Origin: Eledone cirrhosa
Lineage: Eukaryota
Assembly (NCBI GenBank): GCA_964016885.1
Contig: OZ024752.1
Location: 5,456,001 to 5,520,000, forward strand
Direction of reading: 5' to 3'
Length of the DNA stretch: 64,000 bases
Shown here: piece after piece, positions 1 through 11,814 of the stretch
Layout of the letters: each line of letters begins with the position of its first letter
Position numbering within the stretch: position 1 is the stretch's first letter
Translations under genes and position numbers: made by a program
Notes under the pieces: model-generated
What the model was told of the DNA's origin: nothing
The model's input: the letters and a program-made list of their open reading frames with translations, nothing else
Databases searched by the model: none

Positions 1-842
1 TGTCCGACTCTAAATGTTCTTCCTTACTGTCGAAAGCATCAAGTAATATGCTTTGAAATTTATTCCTGGCTGTGGGGTCCTTTAGCTTCCATATTTTTCT
101 CCTGAGGATAGTCCTCTTCTGCTGTCGAGTACGTCTCGTCCTGACTATGAGGTCGCTAATTATCAGTCTATGTTGGGAGGTGCATTCTTCATGGGGGAGG
201 GATTTAGTGTTTACAACAGACACTCTGTCACGTCTTCTGGTAAGGATATAATCTACCTGGCTTGTGTGTTCCCCGGATCTATAGGTGATCAGGTGATTGT
301 CACGTTTTTTGAAGTTAGTGTTACAGATAGTTAGGTTATTTGCATCACAGAATTCCAGGATTCTGGAGCCTTCCTCATTTCTAGTACCAAACCCATAGCC
401 TCCATGGATTTCGTCGTAGCCGTCACAATGTTGTCCAACGTGACCATTTAGGTCGCCTGCAATAATTATATAGTCACTGTCGGATATTTGGGAGGTAGTT
501 AGCAACAGTGTCTCATAGAATCTGTCTTTTATAGTGCCAGGCAGTCCGGATTGGGGTGCGTACGCAGATATTACTGTCACCGTAGTTCTATTGAGGACAA
601 GTCGTATTTTAATTATTCTGTCGTTCACTCTATTAACGTCTATTATCTTATCTGCCCACTTTTCTGCTACCATGATTCCTACTCCACCCAGCCCATCGTC
701 GTTTCCCACCCAGAAAAGCTTATAACATCGTTTTTTACCCTCAATGAATCTAGCAGACCCACCCCTCCACCTGGTCTCTTGAATACAACAAACATCGACC
801 TCCTTACGTTCAAGCATTTCTACAACCTCGTTAGCGCGACCC
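1..842 (-). mobile_element. RTE-clade LINE ORF, AP-endonuclease domain, open to the window edge
   Basis: Manual translation is open for about 280 codons: [25 protein letters not shown]...SAYAPQ...IIAGDLNGHVG...NTNFKKR...QVDYILTR...SQHRLII. These are APE motifs. The element starts abruptly at a (TA)n tract. Confidence 0.92.
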
Positions 843-844
843 TT

Positions 845-846
845 AC

Positions 847-945
<99 letters not shown>

Positions 946-990
946 CACATACACACATACATATACATATATACATACATATACATATAT
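845..990. repeat. (TA)n/(TACA)n microsatellite
   Basis: Direct dinucleotide runs. Similar tracts at 1526-1760, 4430-4700, 28105-28212, 32665-32975, 38686-38730. Confidence 0.95.
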
Positions 991-1525
991 GATAGCTGCC
1001 TCCTTGTTATCGAGTATGGCCATTGCACGATATACCATTATTAATAATAATTAACTAATTCTATCGTGCAATGCCTGTGCGTGAAGATATTATTTAAAGT
1101 GAGGAAAGACTGTGCACTGAGCCAATCCCACTCTCTGAGCGACAGTAGCTATAACCCGAAAAGAAGAAAGGATCAACATCATCGGTAACTACTGAGCCGC
1201 AGGTTTTATATCGCAGTTATCCCAGTTTCCTGAGTTGCCTTCTCCTAGAAGAATGCCCTGACAAGGGATAGGGGTCCTTCACTCCCAGTGGTTTAACCGC
1301 GCGGTACATGTGTATATACATATTTACACACTTTTGAATGGCCATTGACTCTTATGAGTTCTTCCGCCCTTTGTCAGGTTTTGTTTTTTGTCCTGCAGGG
1401 TGTCCAAAATCACCCTCCTCACCAAGTAAACTTGGTGGGGTTGCCGGTTTAGTTGCCGACGACTCGACCATGCGACAGGTTGTACTGGGTTACATGTTAC
1501 CATTAGCACTCAAGAGTGACCCGAC
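991..1525 (-). mobile_element. Short internally deleted RTE derivative (5'UTR fused to 3' tail), copy 1
   Basis: Homologous to 63339-63900 and 3688-3937. Contains a CTAGGAGAAGG(C/A)AACTC block and ends in a TGGCCATACTCGA...GGCAGCTA tail. Confidence 0.6.
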
Positions 1526-1583
1526 ATAGATATACATACATATATACATATATATACATACATATATACATATATATACATAC

Positions 1584-1614
<31 letters not shown>

Positions 1615-1658
1615 CATACATATATACATACATATATAAATATATATATATACACATA

Positions 1659-1690
<32 letters not shown>

Positions 1691-1813
1691 GATATATATA
1701 CATATTTATATACATATATATCTATATACATACATATATACGTGTACATATATATATACGTGGAAAAGTAAGAAATCGGAAAATAGACCGTTAAAACATG
1801 TTTATTTAAACCA

Positions 1814-1855
1814 GCACCTACGTACGTTTCGCCCAGTTGGGCTTCTCAAGGGCAT
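1814..1855 (-). ncRNA. Minimal type I hammerhead ribozyme, U3-A8 core variant (Penelope-like)
   Basis: Minus strand reads ATGCCC-TTGAGAA-GCCCAACTGGGC-GAAA-CGTACG-TA/GGTGC. Stem III is the palindrome ACGTACGT. AATAAA lies just downstream. Confidence 0.65.
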
Positions 1856-2029
1856 AAATAACCCAAAAGTGTTCCTTATATTGCTCGGAAAGAGTTTTTG
1901 GGGTTAAATTCACGTGAAGGTTCATTGCTCGCAAAAATAGCTTGTTTTAATTTTGCAGCATTTCGAATTGATTGTGCAAGCGCGAGGTTTAGAAATCCAG
2001 TGCGCATGTTCCAAGTATCCCGGCCATTC

Positions 2030-2248
2030 TACAGCACATTCTAAGATGCCTGGCCATACTGCAGCCCCTACTAGGATCCCTGAACATGCTACAGCACCTT
2101 CTAAGATGCCTAGCCATGCTACAGCACCTTCGAATCCGTGGCCATGCTACCCGCAACTTCTAAGATGCCTGGCCATGCTACAGCACCATCTAAAAATCCT
2201 GGCCATACTACAGCAATATCTAAACAGTCTGGCCATGCTACAGCACTA
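2030..2248. repeat. 30-bp minisatellite, about 7 diverged copies
   Basis: Unit ctaagatgcctggccatgctacagcacctt. Confidence 0.85.
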
Positions 2249-2408
2249 GAAGTTAATCTATAATTACATACGTAATTCTCAGGGAGATTCAGCGTTATAA
2301 GACAGGCCATTTGAATTACATATTTCTATACAGTTTCGGTCTACTCAGTTTCACATAGGTGTGATCGAACCTGGGACTTAATGATGGCGAAATAAACTCA
2401 CAAGTTAG

Positions 2409-2850
2409 TTGATATCGATCTTTACAAACACTGATCGACAGTTAACCAGGGATCCTTCAAAGAGGACGTGTCCAAGATGCGAGCGGGACATTGAAACCGT
2501 CCTGCACACAATTGTAAACTGCCCAGGCGTAACCGACCTGTGGAACTGCGCAGAACAACTGCTGCCGCGTGTGGGACAAATACAGTTCACTGCCGAGTCC
2601 ATAGTAAGGATCAAACAGTCATCTTCATTTAAAAAGGAACGAGAAGCGGTTTTCCTCTGTATAGTGGCTAGGGTAAAAGAGGTAATATGGCGGACAAGGT
2701 TGAGAGAGCTGAAAACAGATGCCTTTCTCTCCGGACAACAACTCATTTCTTTAGGTACCACTTTAGAAGGAGAATTAGAGTGGAGAGAGAGGTACTGCAC
2801 CACAGTAAATTTACTGAAAGCTGGGTGAACGTGACAAAATCTTCTTTTAA
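2409..2850 (+). mobile_element. L1/Tx1-type LINE ORF2 C-terminal fragment (zf-RVT)
   Basis: CPRC...ETVLHTIVNCPGVTDLW zinc knuckle followed by ...IWRTR. Confidence 0.75.
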
Positions 2851-2851
2851 A

Positions 2852-3470
2852 GAGTTACCTCCTTCACCTTGTTTTTTTTCCCTTGTCTTTAATTATCTCC
2901 CTTCTCATGAGTTACCTCCCATGCCTTGATTTTTCCCTTGTCTTCCCTTCTTACGCGTTACATCCCTCACTTTGACCCTTTCCCTTGTCTTCAGTTATCT
3001 CCCTTGTTATAAATTCCCACCATTACTTTGACTTCAGTTATCTCCTTTTTCATGAGTTACCTCCCTTACCTTGACTTCAATTATCTCCCTGGTGAGTTAC
3101 CAACCTCACCATGGCACTTTCACTTGACTTCAATTATTTCCCTTCTTATGTGTTACCTCATATGCCTTGATTTTTTCCCCTTGTCTTCAATTATCTCCCT
3201 TCTTATGAGTTACCTTCCTTACCTTCAGTTATCTCCTTTTTCATGACTTACCTCCCATACCTTGACTTTTTTCTCTGACGCCAATTATCTCCGTTATGAG
3301 TTACCTCGCTTACCTTGACATTTTCCATTGTCTTCAATTATTTCCCTTTTTATCAGTTTCTTCCCTTAGCTTGACATTTCCCCCTTGTCTTCAATTATCT
3401 CCCTTCTTAGGTGTTACCTCTCTAACCTTGACATTTTGATGAGTTACCTCCCTTACCTTGACTTTTTTCT
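2852..3470. repeat. Pyrimidine-rich diverged tandem repeat
   Basis: Recurring ttgtcttcaattatctcccttcttatgagttacctcccttaccttga. Confidence 0.8.
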
Positions 3471-3506
3471 AATACTTTATATACCGATATACATTTGTAG
3501 TTTCGT

Positions 3507-3544
<38 letters not shown>

Positions 3545-3687
3545 GATCGAGTATCGAAAAATCGGCGCACGAGTTCACGATAAACAATATTCGAAATGAG
3601 CGGCAGAGGGCTCAATAATTCAGATGAATCAGAGCTATAACTATCGTTAAAATATATATATATACAAACACACACAAATATGTGCAT

Positions 3688-3937
3688 GGCTTTGCTCACT
3701 ATAAAAGCTTCACGGCACAGGCATTGCTTTATATCTGGAGATCTCTCTGCACTTGTCGTCACATGGTACCATGGGCCCAGCACTATGTGGCAATAATTGT
3801 CACAAGTGTAGTGTTTGTACCAGAGTTTTCAAGTCGTTGGCTGGACTAAAAAGTCACACTCGTTCAGCGCATCGGTAGGGGTTCTCCTACATGGATATAA
3901 AGTAGTGGCTGTACACGAAAACGAGTTGGCAGCCACC
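3688..3937 (+). mobile_element. 5'-truncated copy of the internally deleted RTE derivative, with C2H2 finger remnant
   Basis: Near-identical to 63339-63590 in inverted orientation. One frame reads CSVCTRVFKSLAGLKSHTRSAHR*, typical of RTE ORF C-termini. Confidence 0.7.
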
Positions 3938-4603
3938 ATATTCATGCTATATATATATATATTGGTACGAAATTACACGTGTGAGACATATGAACGGAAT
4001 AGTTATCTAGCTCTGTATCTCTCTCACACACACATGGCTACAGACTCACAATCATGCCCTTGATGTGGTTACTTTGATATCTCTGCTCAAGGCTGCTTCT
4101 TTGTGTGTGCGTGAGGGACCTCTTCATCACACACACCTTAACAGTATTACAAACTAAAGTCGCTGCGCTGGAAGAGGTTTTATGACAAATACATAGCCGA
4201 TGAAAGGAGTAAATCCAAGGACAAGACAGACTTTGTTTGGCTGGAGTTTCTGGGGAGAAAACCCTTCCTCGACCAAGGACAACATACACGGAACTTCTGG
4301 CCAGGGTTTGGTTAGTCTACTGGTGTAAAGGGATACCTGCCTTTTGTGTAACTCTGGGGATATTACAGAAAGATTGAATCCTGTCCCGGACGGAAAGAGC
4401 TGCAAAGGGACAATATATGAAGATTATATAATATACATACATTAGACATATATATACACTATGTATATATATATATACATTGTACGTTAATTATTTTCCA
4501 TATTGACGTTATAGTCACATATATTATGAAATACTCTTGGCTTCTTGCTCACAATAATTTATATATTTTCATTTACATTGTGTATATATATATATATACA
4601 TTG

Positions 4604-4646
<43 letters not shown>

Positions 4647-5764
4647 TATATATATGTACATATAGACATATATAAAATGTATGTGTATATATATATCATC
4701 AATTAACGTCCATCTTCCAGGCTAGCATGGGTTAGATGGGTGCTTTTTTAAGGCAAGATGTGTGTATAGTGTGTATGTATATACATGCATGTTTTGTGTA
4801 TATACATGCGTATAAAGGCACGTAGCCTAGTGGTTAGGGTATGAAAAAGGTAAAGTGGTGAGTTCGATTCCTAGGTGGTGTCCTCCTCATCCTGTATCAC
4901 GGTAGATATGTGCATCAGCCTAACTGACTGACTACTAGTTATATTGTGTATATGTATATATATATATAATGTATACGTTCATAATGCTGTATAAAATTGA
5001 AATCCTTTATTGATAGCTGCAACTGACCGTTGTCATTGGAGCACTTTAGCTGCCTCAAGACACTGGAGCTTTTAAGTCTATGTCAAATAGTTTTCATGTG
5101 ACAAAAAAGCTGTACAGTTATTTTTATATAGATTCGGGAAAGTGTCTTTACTAAAGATGATAAATGAGAGTCGGTATGGACCCGTAACTTCTAAGGGAGT
5201 CACAGGCTAGGGCATTTTTTAAAACCTGGCAGAGCCCATCTCTCAAAGTCTGAATGCCACAGATTTCTTCCAGAGAAGGATGGAGAGAAAGGAAGTGAGG
5301 AAGAGATATAGAGGAAGAATCGACTCCAGTACTTGACTGGTATTTTTGTTAACGACCTTGAATGGATGAAAGGCAAAGTTAACCAGAGAGCTGAAATGAA
5401 TACTACAAAGCATTCTATTCGATGTTCTAATGATTCTGCCAGTTTTCCGCCTATGATATGAGAGAAGGAGCATGCAAAAATATATTTGTTTAATATATAC
5501 TATAATGGCTCTATCAACATTTCAACAACAAATATTTGTATTTATTTATTTACAGAGAACAGGAAAAAAGTGTCAAGAGATAAAATGTTTTAATTATTTT
5601 TAATTATATTTCATTTTTCATTATTTACAGAAAACCTCATTTTATTTATATCCATATATTTTTTCAGAAATATTTATTCATTTTTCTTTGTTTTTTTCTT
5701 CTCTTAACTTTTCCAGAAAAATTTTAGTTTTTAAAATTAAAAACAAAATAATAATAATAATAAT

Positions 5765-6206
5765 AATGATTTCTAATTTAGGCACAAGGCCAACAGTTTG
5801 AGGTTGGGGGGAAAGTCGATTAAATCGACCCCAGTACTTGACTGGTACTTTATTTTATCAACCTCTAAAGGATCAAAAGCAAAGTTGATCTAGGCAGGAT
5901 GTGAACTCAGAACGAGTCGTAACTAAATGTCGAAAAAGTATTTTGTCTGATGTCCTAATGATTCTGCATATCCACCATCCAAATAATAATAGTTTCTGAC
6001 TTAGGCACAAGGCCAGCAATTTCAGGGGAGTGGAAAGTCAATTAAATCAACCCCATTGTATTACTGGTACTTTATTTTATCGACCCGGTAAGGATGAAAG
6101 GCAAAGTTAACCTCGGCGGGATTTGAATTCAGGAAATAAAGGGACGTAACTATATGCCACAAAGCATGTTGTCCAAAGTTCACATGATTCTGCCAATCCA
6201 CCGCCC
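5765..6206 (-). mobile_element. Two adjacent tRNA-derived SINEs (family A)
   Basis: Reverse complement shows a GGCGG..TTGGCAGAATC head, a GAGTTCAAATCC-like B box, a GCCTTTCATCC..GGGTCGATAAAATAAAGTACCAG core and a CTTGTGCC..TAGAAA tail with (TTA)n. Another fragment at 5315-5450. Confidence 0.85.
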
Positions 6207-6240
<34 letters not shown>

Positions 6241-7024
6241 TCACAAACAAATATAAGGCAAAATAAGAATAATTAAAAAGAAAAACAAATGTTTCTTCTG
6301 GCAACTGTATAATTGAATACTTTGTTGTTTTATGGGAAGGTGGGGGGATTGCCGTAAAAAAAACATATCTTATGAAATATGTGGGGAAGGGGTTATATAA
6401 AAAAACAAACACACAAATTTAACAAAAACAAATAAACACTTAATTAACCGTTGTTGTTGTGATTGTTGTCAAAATTGTTGTTAAATAAATAAAAAATTAA
6501 ACCATGTTAAATTAGATTATTAGAAAGGAAGAAAAACAGAAAAGAAATTGATGCGGTGGTGGTGGTGGCAGAAGTATTGGAGAGAGGGGAAGCAAAAGAA
6601 GGAAGGAAGAGATAGAAAGAAAAAGGAAATGAGAGAGGGAGAAGGAAAGAGAAAAAGAAATGTAAGAGAAAATGAATGGAATTATATGGAGAAAGATAAA
6701 GATGTGTGTGGAGTGCAAAGAGTGAGGAGAGAGAGAGAGAGAGAGATAGATTAACAGGTTAAACAGGACACAGAGAAATAAAAGACAGGACATGAAAGAA
6801 GTGGGATGAAAGAATTTACTTATTTTTAAGTAAGAAAAAAAAACTTTCCATTAAAAAAAAGTAAAAATAAATGTTACAAAAAAATCCCCCAAACCAATCA
6901 ACAACCTCCTAGCATCGATGATGATGATGACAGTGATGGTAATGATGTTCATGATAAAGATGAAGGTGATGGTAGTGATGATGATTGTAGTGATAGTAGT
7001 ACATTAGAGGTGAGCAGGTCTTCC

Positions 7025-7215
7025 TCACAAATTGTACTTGGAGCGTGACGAGAAGATTTCTTGTCCTTGGCAGTACTCATTGTAGATCAACTTGAACAGG
7101 AAGAGATGGAATACAGTGACCAGGAAGGCAATTGACACCCAAAAGAGGGTGGGCAACCCACCAAACTTATGACCATGTTTATGTAACGCTATAACATGGT
7201 GTTCATGTGCTGGAG
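7025..7215 (-). CDS. KIAA2013: KIAA2013/DUF2152 homolog, last coding exon (C-terminal TM helix)
   Basis: ttttacag| (A)[62 protein letters not shown]. Matches the recalled GLP.LFW.S...[16 protein letters not shown] family signature. Confidence 0.95.
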
Positions 7216-7269
7216 CTGTAAAAAATAGGAAATTGTAACAAATTATAAAACAGAAAAAATAATTTCTAA

Positions 7270-7770
7270 GAGTTAAAATATATACAAGTCTTAGCTGAAA
7301 AGTTCATAGGCTGACCAAGATTCGCTCATGGAATGTGACTGAATTAGGTTTATTGCAGTCCACCCCCTTCTTCCATTGGTGTTGCAGTGATTAGATCCCA
7401 TTGGTAAAAAAAAAGTCATCAACAACAGATATGACATCATCACTGTGATAATGGTTCTCAGCAAAGTGGTTTTTCATATTGGGGAACAGTTGATAGTCAA
7501 ATCAGGAGAATAGGGAGGGTGACCAACCAGTTCAAAGACAGTCATGTACAACAGTCATTGTAAACAAGGACTTGTGTACAGGAGCATTGTCCTCATGAAA
7601 TAAGACCCTTTTCATCAGTTTTCCTGGACATTTCATCTTGATAGCCTTTTGTAACTTCTTCAGCAAGTTGGCATAGTGCTCTCCATTGATGTTGTGGTCC
7701 TTCTGAAGACAGTCAGTCCCAGGAAACTGGGGCCATCATCTTCTCTGCAGATAAAACTTAATCCTTTTCT
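7270..7770. mobile_element. Decayed mariner-like transposon fragment
   Basis: Terminal-like gctgaaaagttcataggctgac followed by degenerate transposase-like sequence on the minus strand. Confidence 0.55.
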
Positions 7771-8663
7771 GACTATTTCTAATCAAATACATTCTATTTC
7801 AATTAATTTATGAATTATTATTTCATTACTAAGTAACTTAACATATAGTTCTTAACATATAGTTCTTAAATAAAGGTAGTAACTTAACATATAGTTCTTA
7901 AATAAAGGTAGTAACTTAACATATATAGTTATTTTATTAAACCAGAGATGATTTCTGGCTGGGTTGGTATCAACCTCATAAGGGGAATTTATATTTTTAA
8001 AACCCTCCAAATTTTTTATTTTAAAAATTAATTTCAAATTATAAACAGTGTAACTCAACAATATTGTACTGGAAGGGTTAACAATACAGTATTGGAAGGT
8101 TTAATATAGTACTGGAGGGGTTAATAAGTTAGTTTTGGAGGGGTTAATAAGTTCACTCCACAACAATGTGGTTTCAGGTTCATCTTCAATGTGACACTTT
8201 GTGCAAGTGTCTTCTATTATAGCCCCAGGCTGACCTATGCCTTGGCAGTTAAATTTAGTAGACGGAAAGTATGGAACTCTACAGAAGCCCATAATATATG
8301 TGTATGTGCAAGCATTTATGTTTGTGGCCATGTCTGTATTTATGTTTATGTCCTCTAACTTAACAGCATGACAATTAGCAACCAATAAAATAAATACCTG
8401 ACTTATAAATACACATTGGGGTACATGTGATGATCTAACACCCTTTAATTCAGTGCTCCACTATGACCCCAATCCAATGAGTGAAACCAGGCTGTAGTAG
8501 AAGACACTGCCACGTATTGGGATCAAACCCCAAAACGTGTGGTTACAAAGGAAACTTCTTTAACAACATAACTATATCCGGATAATCAATTATCAATAAT
8601 TAAAAACTGATAATCTATGATTAAAAACTTGTAATCAACCATCTATTATACCAATTTGTATTT

Positions 8664-9900
8664 AATAGCTCCTCTACAGAGTAGTAATAATGAATAGTTC
8701 CTCCACAGAGTAGTAATAATGAATAGCTCCTCCACAGAGTAGTAATAATTAATAGCTCCTCTACAGAGTAGTAATAATTATTAGCTCCTCTACAGAGTAG
8801 TAATAATTAATAGCTCCTCTACAGAATAGTAATAATTAATAGCTCCTCCACAGAGTAGTAATAATTAATAGCTCCTCTACAGAATAGTAATAATTAATAG
8901 CTCCTCTACAGAGTAGTAATAATTAATTGTTTCTACTTTTTGGCACAAGGCCAGCAATTATCCCAGTACATTACTGGAGCTTTATTTTATCGACCCCGTA
9001 AGGATGGAAGGCAAAGTTAACCTCGGCGGGAATTGAACTCAGATCGTAAAGGGACATAACTATGCTGGAAAGCATAATCCAACCCGCCACCGATACTGCC
9101 AATTCACCTAATAGCTCCTCTACAGAGTAGTAATAATTAATAGCTCCTCTACAGAATAGTAATAATTAATAGCTCCTCCACAGAGTAGTAATAATTAATA
9201 GCTCCTCTACAGAGTAGTAACAATTAATAGCTCCTTCACAGAGTAGTAATAATTAATAGCTCCTCTACAGAGTAGTAATAATTAATAGCTCCTCCACAGA
9301 GTAGTAATAATTAATAGCTCCTCCACAGAGTAGTAATAATAGCTCCTTCACAGAGTAGTAATAATTAATAGCTCCTCTACAGAGTAGTAATAATTAATAG
9401 CTCCTCCACAGAGTAGTAATAATTAATAGCTCCTTCTCCAGAGTAGTAATAATTAATAGCTCCTCTACAGAGTAGTAATAATTAATAGCTCCTCCACAGA
9501 GTAGTAATAATAGCTCCTCCACATAGTAGTAATAATAGCTCTTCCACAGAGTAGTAATAATAGCTCCTCCACAGAGTAGTAATAATTAATAGCTCCTCCA
9601 CAGAGTAGTAATAATTAATAGCTCCTCTACAGAGTAGTAACAATTAATAGCTCCTTCACAGAGTAGTAATAATTAATAGCTCCTCTACAGAGTAGTAATA
9701 ATTAATAGCTCCTCCACAGAGTAGTAATAATTAATAGCTCCTCCACAGAGTAGTAATAATAGCTCCTCTACAGAGTAGTAATAATTAATAGTTCCTTCTC
9801 CAGAGTAGTAATAATTAATAGCTCCTCCACAGAGTAGTAATAATTAATAGCTCCTCCACAGAGTAGTAACAATTAATAGCTCCTCCACAGAGTAGTAATT
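8664..9900. repeat. 29-bp satellite (25-bp variants), interrupted by a SINE
   Basis: Unit aatagctcct(c/t)(t/c)acagagtagtaataatt. Confidence 0.95.
8926..9108 (-). mobile_element. Family A SINE inserted in the satellite
   Basis: Full head-core-tail as in the other family A copies. Confidence 0.9.
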
Positions 9901-10147
9901 ATGATGTTGACAACCTTCTGGATGTCTGTTCCAGTTGATTCAATCAACAGAACTGGTTGCTTGTGAAATTACAAGTAAGTGGTTGAGCATTCCATGGAAA
10001 TGGACACCTTTAACGTAGTTGCCAGCTGAGTGGACTGGAGCAACATGTCACCTAGTCTGGGAAATGAACTTGTGACCTTGGAAATGGAACACCTTACTCA
10101 CTAAGTCACGTCCTTATAATGTTGACAATGGTAATATAACAGCTCAC

Positions 10148-10272
10148 CTTCTGCAATTTCTCTCACGTGGATTGCATGTTTCAGTTCCTCCATGTGCAGT
10201 TTATCAGCAGTGATGTACAAAATGGAGGTGATCGGATTGGTTAACTTCACAGGAAACTGTACCCACTTTTTA
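10148..10272 (-). CDS. KIAA2013: KIAA2013 homolog exon
   Basis: ctccag| (S)KKWVQFPVKLTNPITSILYITADKLHMEELKHAIHVREIAE |gtgagc. Phases 2/1. Confidence 0.95.
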
Positions 10273-10849
10273 CTGGAGAAAATACAAATAAACAAGGCAG
10301 ACGCATCAATGTAGGGTTAAGGAATTCACTTCACAAACTGAGATTCAGACCCATTGTGGCACACATGTGTGTACATTTATATCCTGTAACTTAGCAGTTC
10401 AACAAAAAGGGATCAATAAAATATGTACCAGACTTGAAAATAATTAGATACTGAGGTTGGTATGGTGGTGCTCCAGCAAGGCCACAGTCAAATAACTGAA
10501 ACCAGTAGAAGAATAAAAGAATAAACCTTCAGGCTTGAAAGGAAAGAAACTGAGCACCAGATTGGACCAAGGAAACAATGTTTCCATTGCTCTTTTAATT
10601 ACTGATACTATTTGCCAGTCACAATTTCTGACAGAAATATCACTGATTTTCCAGAGACAGGAGACAGGATTTGAACTCAGGATGCACAGAGCCAAAACAG
10701 ATACTGCAACACATCTTGGTTGACTCTTCAACAATTTCACTAATCCACCACCCCATGTCTGGTACTTTGTTTATCAACAGCTGGATATCTTTTCTAATGC
10801 CAATCCTTCTATAGATATCTCTAGCTACAAAAGCAACGTAAACACATGC

Positions 10850-11350
10850 ATTCATAAGGCCCAGAGTGCCATCGACAAGTTTTTTTTAGTGTGGAAATCT
10901 AGACTTCCAGACAATATGAAAAGGAGCCCCTTTCAAGCAACTGTTACCTCTGTTCTATTGTATGGCTATTCAGAATGGACCTTTACTTCAAAATTGGAGA
11001 GAAGATTAGATGGAGCCTAACACTCGCATGCTCAGAGTGGCTTTGAATGTCACTTGGAGAGATTATCTGACCAATGTACAACTGTATGGGAAGCTTCGTC
11101 CAGTATCAGACATGATCAAAGAGCGTAGTTAGATTCACAGGGCATTACTGGAGAGCTAAAGATGAAATTGTTAGTGCAGTTCTTTTGTGGGAGCCTACAC
11201 AAGGTAGAGCTAGCAAAGGGTGACTAGCCCAGATTTATATCAAGCAGATTTGTGATGACATAACTACAATCTCTCTGACCCACTGAATATGAACAATAGA
11301 ACTGGAGGATGGTGACAGAGAGTCAAGGGAATCCATGTGAGCAGTGTGAT
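10850..11350 (+). mobile_element. RTE-group LINE 3' fragment (second family)
   Basis: Degenerate SVLLYG..EWT...RRLDGA.TRMLRVALNVTW...GHYWR...LLWEP. Confidence 0.75.
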
Positions 11351-11814
11351 CGACATAATGCATTTTATCATGACAGCGCACAATAGGAAACTCCAGCCAT
11401 CCATTAAATCCAATGTTCTAACAACTCTGCCAATTCACCAACAAATTACACATCCTCAACACACCATTTAACATCCATTTTTCCACGTTAGTAGAGTTGC
11501 CCTGTTGTGAGACAAGCCACATTCGATGACCATATCTTGCTCATACAGAACTAGCTTTGGCTTGATTTCTATGGCTGGATGCCCTTCCTAACCCCAACCA
11601 TATTCACAGTGTTGGCTGATTGCTTTTTGTTGTGACTCCTACATGACCACTATACAGTGTGGGCTGAGGATTTAGGAGGTAGATCTAGGGGCCTGTGAGG
11701 GGATGGAGTATACAGACATGTGAGGTGCAACAGGGGGAGGGACGTGAATGACAGGAGGGGTGTTAGGATATGGAAGGGGAGGGGGAAGGTAGTGTATACA
11801 CGATATATGCTTCA

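Noticed and set aside
534-1794. YI/IY-rich ORFs (also 32602, 46567-47069, 61209)
   Set aside because: Microsatellite translations or antisense to a LINE.
1953-2249. 98-aa ORF with HATAPSKMP repeats
   Set aside because: Translation of a 30-bp minisatellite with a non-ATG start and no splice support.
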